DNA of 64,000 nucleotides from Octopus vulgaris (lineage: Eukaryota): assembly GCA_951406725.2 (NCBI GenBank), contig OX597841.1:11222001-11286000 (forward strand). Direction: 5' to 3'. This document shows, piece by piece, positions 1-15,580 of this stretch (the stretch's first letter is position 1; each line of letters starts with the position of its first letter). The notes beneath the pieces are model-generated. The model had not been told where the DNA came from, made no database searches, and saw only the letters and a program-made list of their open reading frames with translations. The position numbers were made by a program, and so were the translations under genes.

Positions 1-270
1 TTAACGTAGTTCTCGGGGATATTCAGCGGGACACAGAGAGTGACAAGGCCGGCCCCTTGAAATACAGGCACAACAGAAACAGGAAGTAAGAGTGAGAGAA
101 AGTTGTGGTGAAAGAGTACAGCAGGGATCACCACCATCCCCTGCCGGAGCCTCGTGGAGCTTTAGGTGTTTTCGCTCAATAAACACTCACAACGCCCGGT
201 CTGGGAATCGAAACCGCGATCCTATGACCGCGAGTCCGCTGCCCTAACCACTGGGCCATTGTGCCTCCAC
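1..270 (-). mobile_element. tRNA-derived SINE (family B), truncated by window edge
   Basis: Minus strand begins GTGGAGGCACAATGGCCCAGTGGTTAGGGCAGCGG...GGTTTCGATTCCC (A/B-box-like); near-identical head at 45541-45720 (+). Confidence 0.85.
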
Positions 271-613
271 AACTTACTAATAACTTACTTATTAATATCA
301 ACCCTGAAACAAGGGACCCTCGATATAATCGACCATTCAAGAGAATTCCTTTTAAGCCATGTACAACAGAGGCCAGTGTAGTAGAGTTACAATATTTTTT
401 GCTCGAAAACAAATTCATGTGGGCCCTATACCTGGCCTTAAGATAAACAGTACTACTTATATAAAGTATATCCAGATTGCCCCACTCTTAAATATCGTAT
501 TTATATATGGCATTAGTAGTGAGATAGAACCCATTAATGGAACACAACTCAGGGTTTCTACAATTACAGGATTTACCTGAGCCATCCCTAACCTTATTAC
601 TAATACTAGCATC

Positions 614-1018
614 GGATCTTTTCGGTTTGACCGGCAGTTTTTTCTAGCGGTCTCATATGAAATTGTCACCCATAATTATGACCCTAGTATCGATCTATTG
701 CATTTCAATCTGTTTTAGGGTTAGGGTTAGGGGTGGGGGGAATGGTATATTTTTTTTCTTCAGAAATGTAAATAAACCCAATCTGTTTCTTAAACGAGGG
801 ACATTTTCATAGGGCACAGAATGTTTTTTTTTACCTCAATAGACGTCATTGATTGGTTGAAATTGCAGAAATTGAAGTAAAACAACAACAAATATCTTAC
901 AAACTATAGAATTTTCTCAATAAAGCCAAGAGAAAAAGATGTTTTATAAACACATTCTACCAGTATACGAAGTTTAAAAGTGTTTAGTTACGTGGACATT
1001 ATTAAAAAAAACTGCCGT
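614..1018. mobile_element. Non-autonomous DNA-transposon-like repeat with internal (TTAGGG)3
   Basis: Inverted termini CGGCAGTTTTTT (632) / AAAAAAACTGCCG (~1005-1017); internal segment 715-781 matches reverse complement of ~22977-23038. Confidence 0.55.
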
Positions 1019-1028
1019 ATATAACTGC

Positions 1029-1087
<59 letters not shown>

Positions 1088-1092
<5 letters not shown>

Positions 1093-1201
1093 ATATTTCG
1101 GAATGGTCATATTGCCAGTTTAGCCAATAAAAACACACGCACTATATATTTGGTGTTATTTTGCTTCAGTGATATTTATTTTTTACATTAATCTTAATCT
1201 T
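1088..1201 (-). mobile_element. Penelope-like pLTR 3' fragment within (TA)n
   Basis: Reverse complement of ~8795-8910, the 3' end of the GIY-YIG-bearing element. Confidence 0.7.
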
Positions 1202-1203
1202 TA

Positions 1204-1281
<78 letters not shown>

Positions 1282-1803
1282 GTATGTATGTATAATCTTT
1301 TGCTTGTTTCAGACAATAGACTGCGGTCACGCTGGGGCAGTGCCGTTGAAGAAATTTTAGTCGAATGAATCGACCCCCAGGACTTTTTTTTTATTAAGTC
1401 TGGTACTTATTCTATCAGCCTCTTTTGCTGAACTGCTAAGTTGCTGGAGCATAAATGCTCCAACACCGGTTGTTATACAGTGGTAGTGAGCAAACACAGT
1501 TACAAAGATACCCACAGACATGTCTTTGCCGTTCATCGTTTCGGGGCCACTAAATTAAGTAGCAGTTGAATACTGGGGTCGATGCAATCGACTGGCCCCT
1601 TCCCTCCAAATTTCAGGCCTTGTGCCGATAGTAGAAAGGATTGTAAATACAGGCGGCAAAAGCCTAACAAGTGCTTCTACTCCGGATTAGAGCAGAGCAG
1701 GGAACGATAGGGGCTGTCTGGTGGGTATCTACCCCACAAGGCCTGGGAACTCATGAACCAAGGCCACAGCACCGAATGCAGTTTGAAGTCATATCCTGGG
1801 TAC

Positions 1804-1868
<65 letters not shown>

Positions 1869-1886
1869 CATACATACATACATATA

Positions 1887-1961
<75 letters not shown>

Positions 1962-1974
1962 ATATATATATATT

Positions 1975-2200
1975 TGTATTTGTGTGTGCGTCTGTTTGTC
2001 CTCCCCCACAATCGCCTGACAACCGATGTTGGTGCGTTTATGTCCCCGTAACTTAGTGGGCCAGCCAAAGAGACCGATAGAATAAGTACTAGGCTTACAA
2101 AGAATAAATCCTGGGGTCGATTTCTTTGACTGAAAGCCCTTTCAAGTGGTGCTCCAGCGTGGCCGCAGTCAAATGCTTGAAACAAATAAAAGAATAAAGG
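1975..2200 (+). mobile_element. SINE family A, 3' half
   Basis: Matches the 3' half of full-length copies (GACAACCGATG...CCAGCATGGCCGCAGTCAAATG). A degenerate minus copy lies at ~1297-1510. Confidence 0.85.
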
Positions 2201-2284
2201 AACAAAAGTATACACACACATACACGCATATACATACATCTACACATACATGCACACATACACACACATATATACACATACATT

Positions 2285-2802
2285 CCGTAAATCCTCGAGT
2301 ATAGACCGCCCTTGAGTATAACACGCAGGGGATTTTTAGGGGGCTGTACCTCTGAAAAACCTAAACCTTGTGAATAATATGCACTCCATCTCTAACTTGA
2401 GTAATTAAGCCAGCAGCACCTAGTCGAACAAACACTTCCGCGCATGCGTAATACAATAATGGTGATGTTCTTAACTGTTATATGGGAATGTAAATATGTT
2501 TGCAAATTGTTTTTGTTACATGTTATTCTGTGTTCTGAATACTTTTATTTTGATACATGTTGCTTACTACAAGTTATGGATGATTCTTTTATGACTTCAT
2601 TGCTTTCAGGCTTAGCTTAAGGTATTTTCACGCCCGACATCACAAAATGAGTCTGAATAAACATTGCCGGAGAGCAAATAGAGACTCGGACATTGCTTAG
2701 AAAATAATTTTCATTTTTAACCTCGTATATAGTACGCACTAGGGATTTTGACCTTTAAATTTTGGTGGGAAAAAAATGCGGATTATACTCGAGGATTTAC
2801 GG
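2285..2802. mobile_element. Tc1/mariner-superfamily (pogo/Tc2-type) MITE
   Basis: Perfect 19-bp TIRs CCGTAAATCCTCGAGTATA / TATACTCGAGGATTTACGG; TA on the right flank, TT on the left. Confidence 0.85.
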
Positions 2803-3364
2803 TATCTACCAACACACATACACACACACTTAGCAAAAGCATACACCGGAAAGCCTAGTTACGTACACACTCTAAGGCAGGTACACACACCCTAATCCTC
2901 TCTCTCCCCCGCGCTCCTACCCCTCATAATCATAATAATTCCAAAGTCTAAATGACTTTTACACACACACACACACACACCTCCGAGAAGCACAGAACTC
3001 TTCCTTCTCCTCGCCTCCCCCCCTGCATGTGCCTCCGGGGAGAATTCTTTTCTTGCCTACAAGGAGCAATTAATGTCTGCCCCTCCTCCTTCCCCGCCGC
3101 CACCGCACTGCTCTCTTCCCCTCCGCTCCCCCCTCCTCCAACTGCCTACTCCCTTTTTGCTTATTATGTCCTTCACCTCATACTCTCCCTCTAATCAGGT
3201 CACTTAGCCAACGGCAGGGTGGCCGCTGTCCGTCACCCACATCAGCCAGAGCCTGTACTGGCTTGTCTAATGTCTATGTGAGTGTTTGTGTGAATACAAG
3301 CACACACACACACACACACACGTACTTGTGTCTGTCTAATTCATATTTTTATGCATGCATTTCC

Positions 3365-4130
<766 letters not shown>

Positions 4131-4529
4131 TCTACTTACTTGTGTATGCTGTGATCGTGTATACAACACAGCAAGTGTTCTCAACTTCAACAATTATAAA
4201 CATGGCTGTTGACAGACACAGACACAGACACACAACAACGGATACACTTGCGCACTCTTACCCTCTTCCATACCACTCAGTTCGTCTGTTCGCCTGTCTG
4301 CATATCTGTCTAACTGTTTGTCTGCCTGTCTGTCTGTCTGTCTGACGGCCATGTTTGACACACATCTGTCAGCTGTTGAGAAAATACTTTTCAAATTGGG
4401 ACAAACTGTATTGATGTGTTTTATCGGCGATTTGCGTCTGTGTATGTGTGTGTGTGTGTGTGTGCGCATGTCCACGCGCGTACGCGTACACGTACATGTC
4501 TGTGTGTGTGTGTGTGTATATATATACAT

Positions 4530-4567
<38 letters not shown>

Positions 4568-4594
4568 TTACATTATGTATATACATGCATATAT

Positions 4595-4983
4595 AGTAGC
4601 TTGCTAACCAACCACATGGTTCCGGGTTCAGTCGCACTGCGTGGCATCTTGGGCAAGTGTCTTCTGCTATAGCCCCGGGCCGACCAAAGCCTTGTGAGTG
4701 GATTTGTTAGACGGAAACTGAAAGAAGCCCGCCGTATATATGTATATATATATGTATGTGTGCGTGTGTGTTTGTGTGTCTGTGTTTGTCCCCCTAGCAT
4801 TGCTTGACAACCGATGCTGGTGTGTTTATGTCCCCGTCACTTAGCGGTTCGGCAAAAGAGAGACCGATAGAATAAGTACTGGGCTTATACAAAGAAAAAG
4901 TCCCGGGGTCGATTTGCTCGACTAAAAGCGGTGCTCCAGCATGGCCGCAGTCAAATGACTGAAACAAGTAGAGAGTAAAAGAA
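4595..4983 (+). mobile_element. SINE family A, near full length
   Basis: B-box-like GGTTCAGTC, central (TA/TG)n linker, 3' GAAACAAGTAGAGAG tail. Confidence 0.9.
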
Positions 4984-5179
4984 TATATATACATACACAT
5001 AACACACTCGGAGAGACTAAGAGACAAACAGACAGACACACACACACACGCGCACACCCACAACTGTCACAGTTATATAAACAGCTGACGTCATTATTGA
5101 AGAAAGCTCAATCGCTTTTGTTTTGGCCAATCAAGCTGATTATCTTACATCCGTTTCTGATTAGGTTGATCTAATTACG

Positions 5180-7430
5180 TTGGTGGTTGTTATGATAATG
5201 GTAGTGGTGGTAGCTTTGTGGTGGTGGCTGTGTTGGTGGTGGTGGTGGTGGTGGTGGTGGTAGTAGTCGAAGCTTTGTGGTGGCGATAGTAGTGGTGGCT
5301 GTGGTGGTGGTGGTAATAGTGGTAGTTGTGGTGGTAGTGGTGGTAGCTTTGTGGTGGTGGCTGTGGTGGTGGTGGTGGTGGTAGTAGTCGAAGCTTTGTG
5401 GTGGCGATAGTAGTGGTGGCTGTGGTGGTGGTGGTAATAGTGGTAGTTGTGGTGGTAGTGGTGGTAGCTTTGTGGTGGTGGCTGTGGTGGTGGTGGTGGT
5501 GGTAGTAGTCGAAGCTTTGTGGTGGCGATAGTAGTGGTGGCTGTGGTGGTGGTGGTAATAGTGGTAGTTGTGGTGGTAGTGGTGGTAGCTTTGTGGTGGT
5601 GGCTGTGGTGGTGGTGGTGGTGGTAGTAGTAGTCGAAGCTTTGTGGCGGCGATAGTAGTGGTGGCTGTGGTGGTGGTGGTAATAGTGGTAGTTGTGGTGG
5701 TAGTGGTGGTAGCTTTGTGGTGGTGGCTGTGGTGGTGGTGGTGGTGGTAGTAGTCGAAGCTTTGTGGTGGCGATAGTAGTGGTGGCTGTGGTGGTGGTGG
5801 TAATAGTGGTAGTTGTGGTGGTAGTGGTGGTAGCTTTGTGGTGGTGGCTGTGGTGGTGGTGGTAGTAGTAGTAGTCGAAGCTTTGTGGTGGCGATAGTAG
5901 TGGTGGCTGTGGTGGTGGTGGTAATAGTGGTAGTTGTGGTGGTAGTGGTGGTAGCTTTGTGGTGGTGGCTGTGGTGGTGGTGGTGGTGGTAGTAGTCGAA
6001 GCTTTGTGGTGGCGATAGTAGTGGTGGCTGTGGTGGTGGTGGTAATAGTGGTAGTTGTGGTGGTAGTGGTGGTAGCTTTGTGGTGGTGGCTGTGGTGGTG
6101 GTGGTGGTGGTAGTAGTAGTCGAAGCTTTGTGGCGGCGATAGTAGTGGTGGCTGTGGTGGTGGTGGTAATAGTGGTAGTTGTGGTGGTAGTGGTGGTAGC
6201 TTTGTGGTAGTGGCTGTGGTGGTGGTGGTGGTGGTAGTAGTCGAAGCTTTGTGGTGGCGATAGTAGTGGTGGCTGTGGTGGTGGTGGTAATAGTGGTAGT
6301 TGTGGTGGTAGTGGTGGTAGCTTTGTGGTGGTGGCTGTGGTGGTGGTGGTGGTGGTAGTAGTCGAAGCTTTGTGGTGGCGATAGTAGTGGTGGCTGTGGT
6401 GGTGGTGGTAATAGTGGTAGTTGTGGTGGTAGTGGTGGTAGCTTTGTGGTGGTGGCTGTGGTGGTGGTGGTGGTGGTAGTAGTCGAAGCTTTGTGGTGGC
6501 GATAGTAGTGGTTGCTGTGGTGGTGGTGGTAATAGTGGTAGTTGTGGTGGTAGTGGTGGTAGCTTTGTGGTGGTGGCTGTGGTGGTGGTGGTGGTGGTGG
6601 TGGTGGTAGTAGTCGAAGCTTTGTGGTGGCGATAGTAGTGGTGGCTGTGGTGGTGGTGGTAATAGTGGTAGTTGTGGTGGTAGTGGTGGTAGCTTTGTGG
6701 TGGTGGCTGTGGTGGTGGTGGTGGTAGTAGTAGTCGAAGCTTTGTGGTGGCGATAGTAGTGGTGGCTGTGGTGGTGGTGGCTGTGGTGGTGGTGGTAATA
6801 GTGGTAGTTGTGGTGGTAGTGGTCGTAGCTTTGTGGTGGTGGCTGTGGTGGTGGTAATAGTGGTGGTTGTGGTGGTAGTGGTCGTAGCTTTGTGGTGGTG
6901 GCTGTGGTGGTGGTAATAGTGGTAGTTGTGGTGGTAGTGGTCGTAGCTTTGTGGTGGTGGCTGTGGTGGTGGTAATAGTGGTGGTGTGTGGTGGTAGTGG
7001 TGGTAGCTTTGTGGTGGTGGCTGTGGTGGTGGTGGTGGTAGTAGTAGTCGAAGCTTTGTGGCGGCGATAGTAGTGGTGGATGTGGTGGTGGTGGTAATAG
7101 TGGTAGTTGTGGTGGTAGTGGTGGTAGCTTTGTGGTGGTGGCTGTGGTGGTGGTGGTAGTAGTCGAAGCTTTGTGGTGGCGATAGTAGTGGTGGCTGTGG
7201 TGGTGGTGGTAATAGTGGTAGTTGTGGTGGTGGTGGTAGCGTAGCTTGGTGGTGGTGGCTGTGGTGGTGGTAATAGTGGTGGTTGTGGTGGTAGTGGTCG
7301 TAGCTTTGTGGTGGTGGCTGTGGTGGTGGTGGTGATGGTAGTCGAAGCTTTGTAGTGGCGATGTGGTGGTGGTGGTAATAGTGGTAGTTGTGGTGGTAGT
7401 GGTGGTAGCGTTGTGGTGGTGGCGGTAGTA
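5180..7430. repeat. ~121-bp higher-order minisatellite built from GTG/GTA triplets
   Basis: GTCGAAGCTTTG recurs every ~121-124 bp; shorter ~60-bp subunits near 6790-7010. Confidence 0.9.
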
Positions 7431-7439
7431 AGACAAATA

Positions 7440-7908
<469 letters not shown>

Positions 7909-7916
7909 GTATATAT

Positions 7917-8957
7917 AGTTCTTTCGTCTCATTCCTATGACCTCATCAGTGGTCCTTTGCTTTCTTCTTTCTTATTAGTGTGTCTCTCCTTATTAACGAT
8001 AAGCCATTTTGTATGGCTGATCGTTAGTAAGGAGATTTAGCCCACAAACAAACTGTAAAGCCAGAAATGTAGTCTATAGTATAAGATGGACAGAGGGACG
8101 ATGCAGTAACAAGACAACGACGTACGTAGGGGAAACAGCACGGAGCATAGGAGAGCGGGTAAATGGACATTGGAGGGAACTTAAGGAAGAGGAGAGCTCA
8201 TCGGTTCTGTTCCAGCACGAACACGGAGGCTCACTTAACAACATAAAAGTGAAAATCTTGTCCACACATAGAACAGACGCAACACTTAGACAAATTACAT
8301 AAGTTACATAATAGAACATAAACCTAGCTTGAATAGGAAACTGGAAAGGAACACTAGCACACACTTCCAACACACAACACGACAACATATGACAGAATAA
8401 GATCATCATAAACTGATAACAATATAAACAAAACATAATAAAATACACAGATAAACAAAAGGAATTAAATAACTATATATATATAAATTCAATATTTATA
8501 ATTAAAAAGATTTAATCAAATTAAATACAAAAAAGATAGTAAGTAGGTATAAACAAAATAAATAAAAACAAATTACACGAACGGATACAGATAACACAGG
8601 CACCCCCTCTCACGTACTTACTAAACATAGACACACATAAGGGTATACGCATGCGCAAATAAAGGCACATTCAATAGGAATACGAAATACAAAATAGCTG
8701 ACCGTTAGTAAGGAGAGACACGCAAATAAGAAAGAAGAAAACAAAGGACCACTGATGCGGTCACAGGAGTGTGACGAAAGAACTCTGGCCGAAATAAGAT
8801 TAAGATTAATGTAAAAAATAAATAACGCTGAAGCAAAGTAACACCAAATATATAGTGCGTGTGTTTTTATTGGCTAAACTGGCAAAATGACCATTCCGAA
8901 ATATAACAATATCTGTTTCAACACACGATTTCACATCAAGAATCTTGCAAAACAAAT
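7917..8957 (+). mobile_element. Truncated Penelope-like element: inverted pLTR, GIY-YIG fragment, 3' pLTR
   Basis: 7917-8000 is the reverse complement of ~8702-8785; GIY-YIG remnant at 8051-8350; hammerhead cores at ~7920-7955 (-) and 8746-8790 (+); (TA)n on both sides. Confidence 0.85.
8051..8350 (+). pseudogene. GIY-YIG endonuclease C-terminal remnant (Penelope-like)
   Basis: Translates NCKARNVVYSIRWTEGRCSNKTTTYVGETARSIGERVNGHW...LRQIT* then, after a frameshift, YIIEHKPSLNRKLE. VVY/YVGET/R/LN motifs are typical of the GIY-YIG family. Confidence 0.85.
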
Positions 8958-8991
8958 ATATATATATATATACATATACATAACGTACATA

Positions 8992-9071
<80 letters not shown>

Positions 9072-9105
9072 CGGTTAATAAAAGCCAAGATGCGTTGCGG
9101 CCCGT

Positions 9106-9137
<32 letters not shown>

Positions 9138-9195
9138 AAGTCTTTGGCTTTTTCAAAGGGCGCATGTAAGTATCTTACTTATATTCTCTCGTAAG

Positions 9196-9255
9196 CTCTA
9201 CTGAAGAAGAATAAATCTTTTATGAGATTAATTCCGAAATTGATTCAATATAGAG
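9196..9255 (+). ncRNA. Type I hammerhead ribozyme motif
   Basis: ctcta-CTGAAGA-stem II-GAAA-TTGATTCAA-TA-tagag: 5-bp stem I, self-complementary stem III, AUA cleavage triplet. Confidence 0.75.
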
Positions 9256-9583
9256 ATAACGAATTTAAAAAATTCTAACGGACAGTTTGCCCGACTTCAG
9301 TTCTTCGATTTTTTTTTTTTGCTATAGCGAGTAGATTATATGTGGAAATTGACGATTTAATAGTCTGTTATCAGCATATTGGCTTTGAAATAATTTTCTT
9401 TAGCCCTTACTTATAAGTTGTATATATATATATATATATTTAAGTAGGTGAATGAATTATCCTATGTTTATCGTCAGCATGGAAAATTTATTCCTTTGGA
9501 ATGAAAACATGCTGTCTTCGAAACATGCGTCGAGAGTAAAGGAATTTTGTTAACATCTTCGTTCGACTCCATTCTTTCATTTA

Positions 9584-9648
<65 letters not shown>

Positions 9649-9668
9649 ATATACATATATATATATAC

Positions 9669-9717
<49 letters not shown>

Positions 9718-9938
9718 CCAACACACACACACACACACACACACATACACACACACACAAACACACACACACACATCACTGTCAACCGCTTTTGGCTGAC
9801 AACAAGTTTTATCTAAATTAGTCATGTTTGACCTTTGACCTATAATAATTATTCTGTCTGGATATACATGCATGCATACATACATAAGTACATATTGGTA
9901 CACACACACACACACACATACACACACACACATACACG

Positions 9939-9996
<58 letters not shown>

Positions 9997-10121
9997 CCTC
10001 TGTGCGTATGTATATATCTATGTGTATATATATATGTATGTATCCCTATCCCGATGATGCGGTTGTGTATATCCAGCATCACAACGTATTGCCGGTTTGT
10101 CGAGCCTGCTCTAAGGGATTC

Positions 10122-10878
<757 letters not shown>

Positions 10879-11025
10879 TGGGTTGCTCTTCGGATTGATT
10901 TCCATCCTTAACTGTCGCTTGGCAATCGTAGTTATTTCTGCACGCTCCATGCTTGCCCTTCCCGCGGGGAGCCAATCTGTATTAGGAATATAAGGAAATG
11001 TTCAGATCACCAAGCGCGGATCACC

Positions 11026-11191
11026 AGGCGCAGGAGTGGCTGTGTAGTAAGTAGCTTGCTTACCAGCCACATGGTTCCGGGTTCAGTTCCACTGCGTGGC
11101 ATCTTGGGCAAGTGTCTTCTACTATAGCCCCCGCCCGACCAAAGCCTTGTGAGTGGATTTGGTAGACGGAAACTGAAAGAAGCCTGTCGTA

Positions 11192-11224
<33 letters not shown>

Positions 11225-11435
11225 GCGTGTGTGTGTTTGTGTGTCTGTGTTTTTCCACCTAGCATTGCTTGACAACCGATGCTAGTGTATTTATGTCCCC
11301 GTCACTTAGCGGTTCGGCAAGAGAGACCGATAGAATAAGTACTGGGCTTATACAAAGAATAAGTTCCGGGGTCGAGTTGCTCGATTAAAGGCGGTGCTCC
11401 AGCATGGCCGCAGTCAAAATGACTGAAACAAGTTT
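11026..11435 (+). mobile_element. SINE family A, full length
   Basis: AGGCGCAGGAGTGGCTGTGTAGT...GGTTCAGTTCC head through GACTGAAACAAGT tail. Confidence 0.9.
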
Positions 11436-11517
11436 AAAAAAAAAAGTGTGCAGAGAAAATAGACGTGTTCCTGTTTTCTTATCCACAAAGCTGCATTGGT
11501 GGGTCCCGTTTACAGGA

Positions 11518-11901
11518 AAGTTAACTTCGTTAACCGTTAACCCGTTAACGAGAAAGTTAACTTCGTTAACCGTTAACCCGTTAACGAGAAAGTTAACTTC
11601 GTTAACCGTTAACCCGTTAACGAGAAAATTAACTTCGTTAACCGTTAACCCGTGAACGAAAAAGTTAACTTCGTTAACCGCTAACCCGTTAACGAGAATG
11701 TTAACTTCGTTAACCGTTAACCCGTTAACGAAAAAGTTAACTTCGTTAACCGCTAACCCGTTAACCAGAAAGTTAACTTCGTTAACCGTTAAGCCGTTAA
11801 CGAAAAAGTTAACTTCGTTAACCGTTAACCCGTTAACGAAAAAGTTAACTTCGTTAACCGTTAACCCGTTAACAAAAAAGTTAACTCCGTTAACCGTTAA
11901 G
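11518..11901. repeat. 36-bp minisatellite containing four GTTAAC palindromes per unit
   Basis: AAGTTAACTTCGTTAACCGTTAACCCGTTAACGAGA, ~10.5 copies. Confidence 0.95.
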
Positions 11902-12021
11902 TAGTGAAACGGAAGTTTCGTTATAGATTGTAGGCGGTATAATCAGAAGTTATCTCCCCTGCACTGCAAATCTCCCTTTCGCTTTTGGCGTTTATGACTG
12001 GTGTCAGACAACAGGGGCTTC

Positions 12022-12053
<32 letters not shown>

Positions 12054-12322
12054 CTGTGTGTGTTTATGTGCGTATGAGTTTGTGCGTGTGTGTACTAGTA
12101 TGTATGCGTGTTGTGTGTGTGTGTGTGTGTGTGTACGTGTGTGTGTGTTTGTGTGTGTTTATGTGCGTATGAGTTTGTGCGTGTGTGTATGCGTGTTGTG
12201 TGTGTGTGTGTGTGAATGTGTGTGTGTGTGAATGCGTGTGAGAGTGTGTGTGCGTGTATGAGTTTGTGTGTGTGTGTGCGTACTTGTGCGTATGCGTGTT
12301 TGTGCGTGTGTGTATCTGTCTA

Positions 12323-12368
<46 letters not shown>

Positions 12369-12783
12369 TGCGCGTGTATATGTGTGTATGTGTTTGTGCG
12401 TGTGCGTGTATGAATTCGTGCGTGTGCGTGTGTACTTGTGTGTATGCGCGCGTGTGTGTCTCTGGTACGCATGAATGATGAAACCACTTTGAGCATGTTC
12501 CTGTAAATCCAGAAAAGCGAGAGAGAACACTTTGCTCTCACGTGATTTCCTCCCTCTCTGCCTGAGGTTACCGTGGTCTTTTTCGTAGGCTTTTCTTTCC
12601 ACAGATAAACCCAATGTGTTTTTGACATTTTTACTCTGTTCTGTGATACACGATCCCTTTCGATCGGATTTTGATGTGAAATTTTTTCCTCCTTTTTTTT
12701 CTATTTTCCACTTTTTTTCGAAAAGGAAAGCTCTACATTGTATTTTGTCCCTTCTGTGTTCGGCCCTCTTTGGCTAATAAAGA

Positions 12784-13561
<778 letters not shown>

Positions 13562-13600
13562 ATTGTGTATCTGTCTAAACCATATAACATATCGTAATAG

Positions 13601-13704
13601 TTGGCGATATTACGGCTGACAGCAGACCTTGCTCGGGATGTGGCATTGATAAGTCAAAGCAATGACGAAACCTCCATGTCTGTGGCTCCGAGAAAGGACC
13701 TTAT
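13601..13704 (+). CDS. Possible upstream exon of the PPxY membrane-protein gene
   Basis: Unique sequence; only one frame open (…ETSMSVAPRKDL); ends AT|GTGAGT in phase 2, matching the phase-2 acceptor at 28190. Acceptor context is weak. Confidence 0.25.
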
Positions 13705-13925
13705 GTGAGTTGTCTCCCTTGACTATGACGTTCTTCCAGGTATTTCTTTTACACCTGGCACTCTCCTACGTCTACAAAGTGAAAAAGTGCAGCTGACCCA
13801 CGAACTATCAACACACATACCTTGTGTATGTATGTACGATTATGCTTTCATACATACATACATGCATGCATACATACACACACACACATACATACATACA
13901 TACATACATGCATACATACATACAT

Positions 13926-13958
<33 letters not shown>

Positions 13959-14412
13959 TACATACATACATACATACATGCATGCATGCATGCATACATT
14001 CATACATACATACATACATACATACATACATGCATACATACATACACACACAAACATACATACATACATACATACATGCATGCATGCATGCATACATTCA
14101 TACATACATACATACATACATACATACATACATACATACATACATACATACATACATACATGCATACATACATACATACATACATACATACATACATACA
14201 TACATACATACATGCATACATACATACATACATACATACATGCATACATACATACACACACATCCACACATATATAGTTGGTTCCATTCTGTAAAGTGGT
14301 TGAGTGCATCTGGAAGGACTTCCTGCCAAAGCAGACGATGGAATCTGGTTCGGTTCCTTACCAGCAACTGACAAAGCATCCAACTCTTGTCACCATGGAA
14401 AACGGACGTCCA

Positions 14413-14468
14413 ATGATGATGATGATGACGATGACGATGTTGATGATGACTATGACGATGACGATGAC

Positions 14469-14509
<41 letters not shown>

Positions 14510-14516
14510 CGATGAC

Positions 14517-14593
<77 letters not shown>

Positions 14594-14607
14594 CGACGAT
14601 GATGATA

Positions 14608-14674
<67 letters not shown>

Positions 14675-14719
14675 CGATGACGATGACAACGATGTCGATG
14701 ATAAAGATGATGATGCTAC

Positions 14720-14769
<50 letters not shown>

Positions 14770-14770
14770 T

Positions 14771-14835
<65 letters not shown>

Positions 14836-14860
14836 ATGATGATGATGATGACGACGACGA
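14413..14860. repeat. (GAT)n microsatellite behind a SINE/LINE-like tail
   Basis: Preceded by CATGGAAAACGGACGTCCA. Confidence 0.9.
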
Positions 14861-15049
14861 TAGATAAAGATAGATAGATAGAGAGTGAGAGTGTGACAGA
14901 GATTAAAATTAATGTCTCTTATACACACACACACACACACACACACTTCTCTCTCTTTTTCTTTCTCTCTACACACACTTTCCTACACTTCAAACACACG
15001 CACACACACACACCTCCCTAGACGCATACATTTATAATAAACACACCCG

Positions 15050-15510
15050 CGGTACACACACCTCACTACACTAATACGTACAATGAACACTGTCCAAAAC
15101 ACACACACACACACACCTCACTGCACTAACACACACACACACCTCACTGCACTAACACAGACACACACACACACACCTCACTGCACTAACACACACACAC
15201 ACACACACACACACCTCACTGCACTAACACACACACACACCTCACTGCACTAACACACACACCTCACTGCACTAACACACATACACACACACACATACAC
15301 ACACACACACACACACCTCACTGTCCAAACACACACACACACACACCCCTCACTGCACTAACACACACACACACACACACCTCACTGCACTAACACACAC
15401 ACACACACACACCTCACTGCACTAACACACACACACACCTCACTGCACTAACACACACACACACACACACCTCACTGCACTAACACACACACACACACAC
15501 CTCACTACAC

Positions 15511-15556
<46 letters not shown>

Positions 15557-15580
15557 CACTGTCCAAACACACACACACTC
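15050..15580. repeat. Compound minisatellite CCTCACTGCACTAA+(CA)n
   Basis: Direct reading, >10 units of variable length. Confidence 0.9.

Noticed and set aside
1-270. tRNA genes at SINE heads
   Set aside because: A/B boxes are present but there is no complete cloverleaf, and they continue into SINE bodies.
5077-5092. ATAAACAGCTGACG (forkhead/E-box/CRE-like) also at 34661-34674
   Set aside because: A single 14-bp match is compatible with chance; no other support for a regulatory role.
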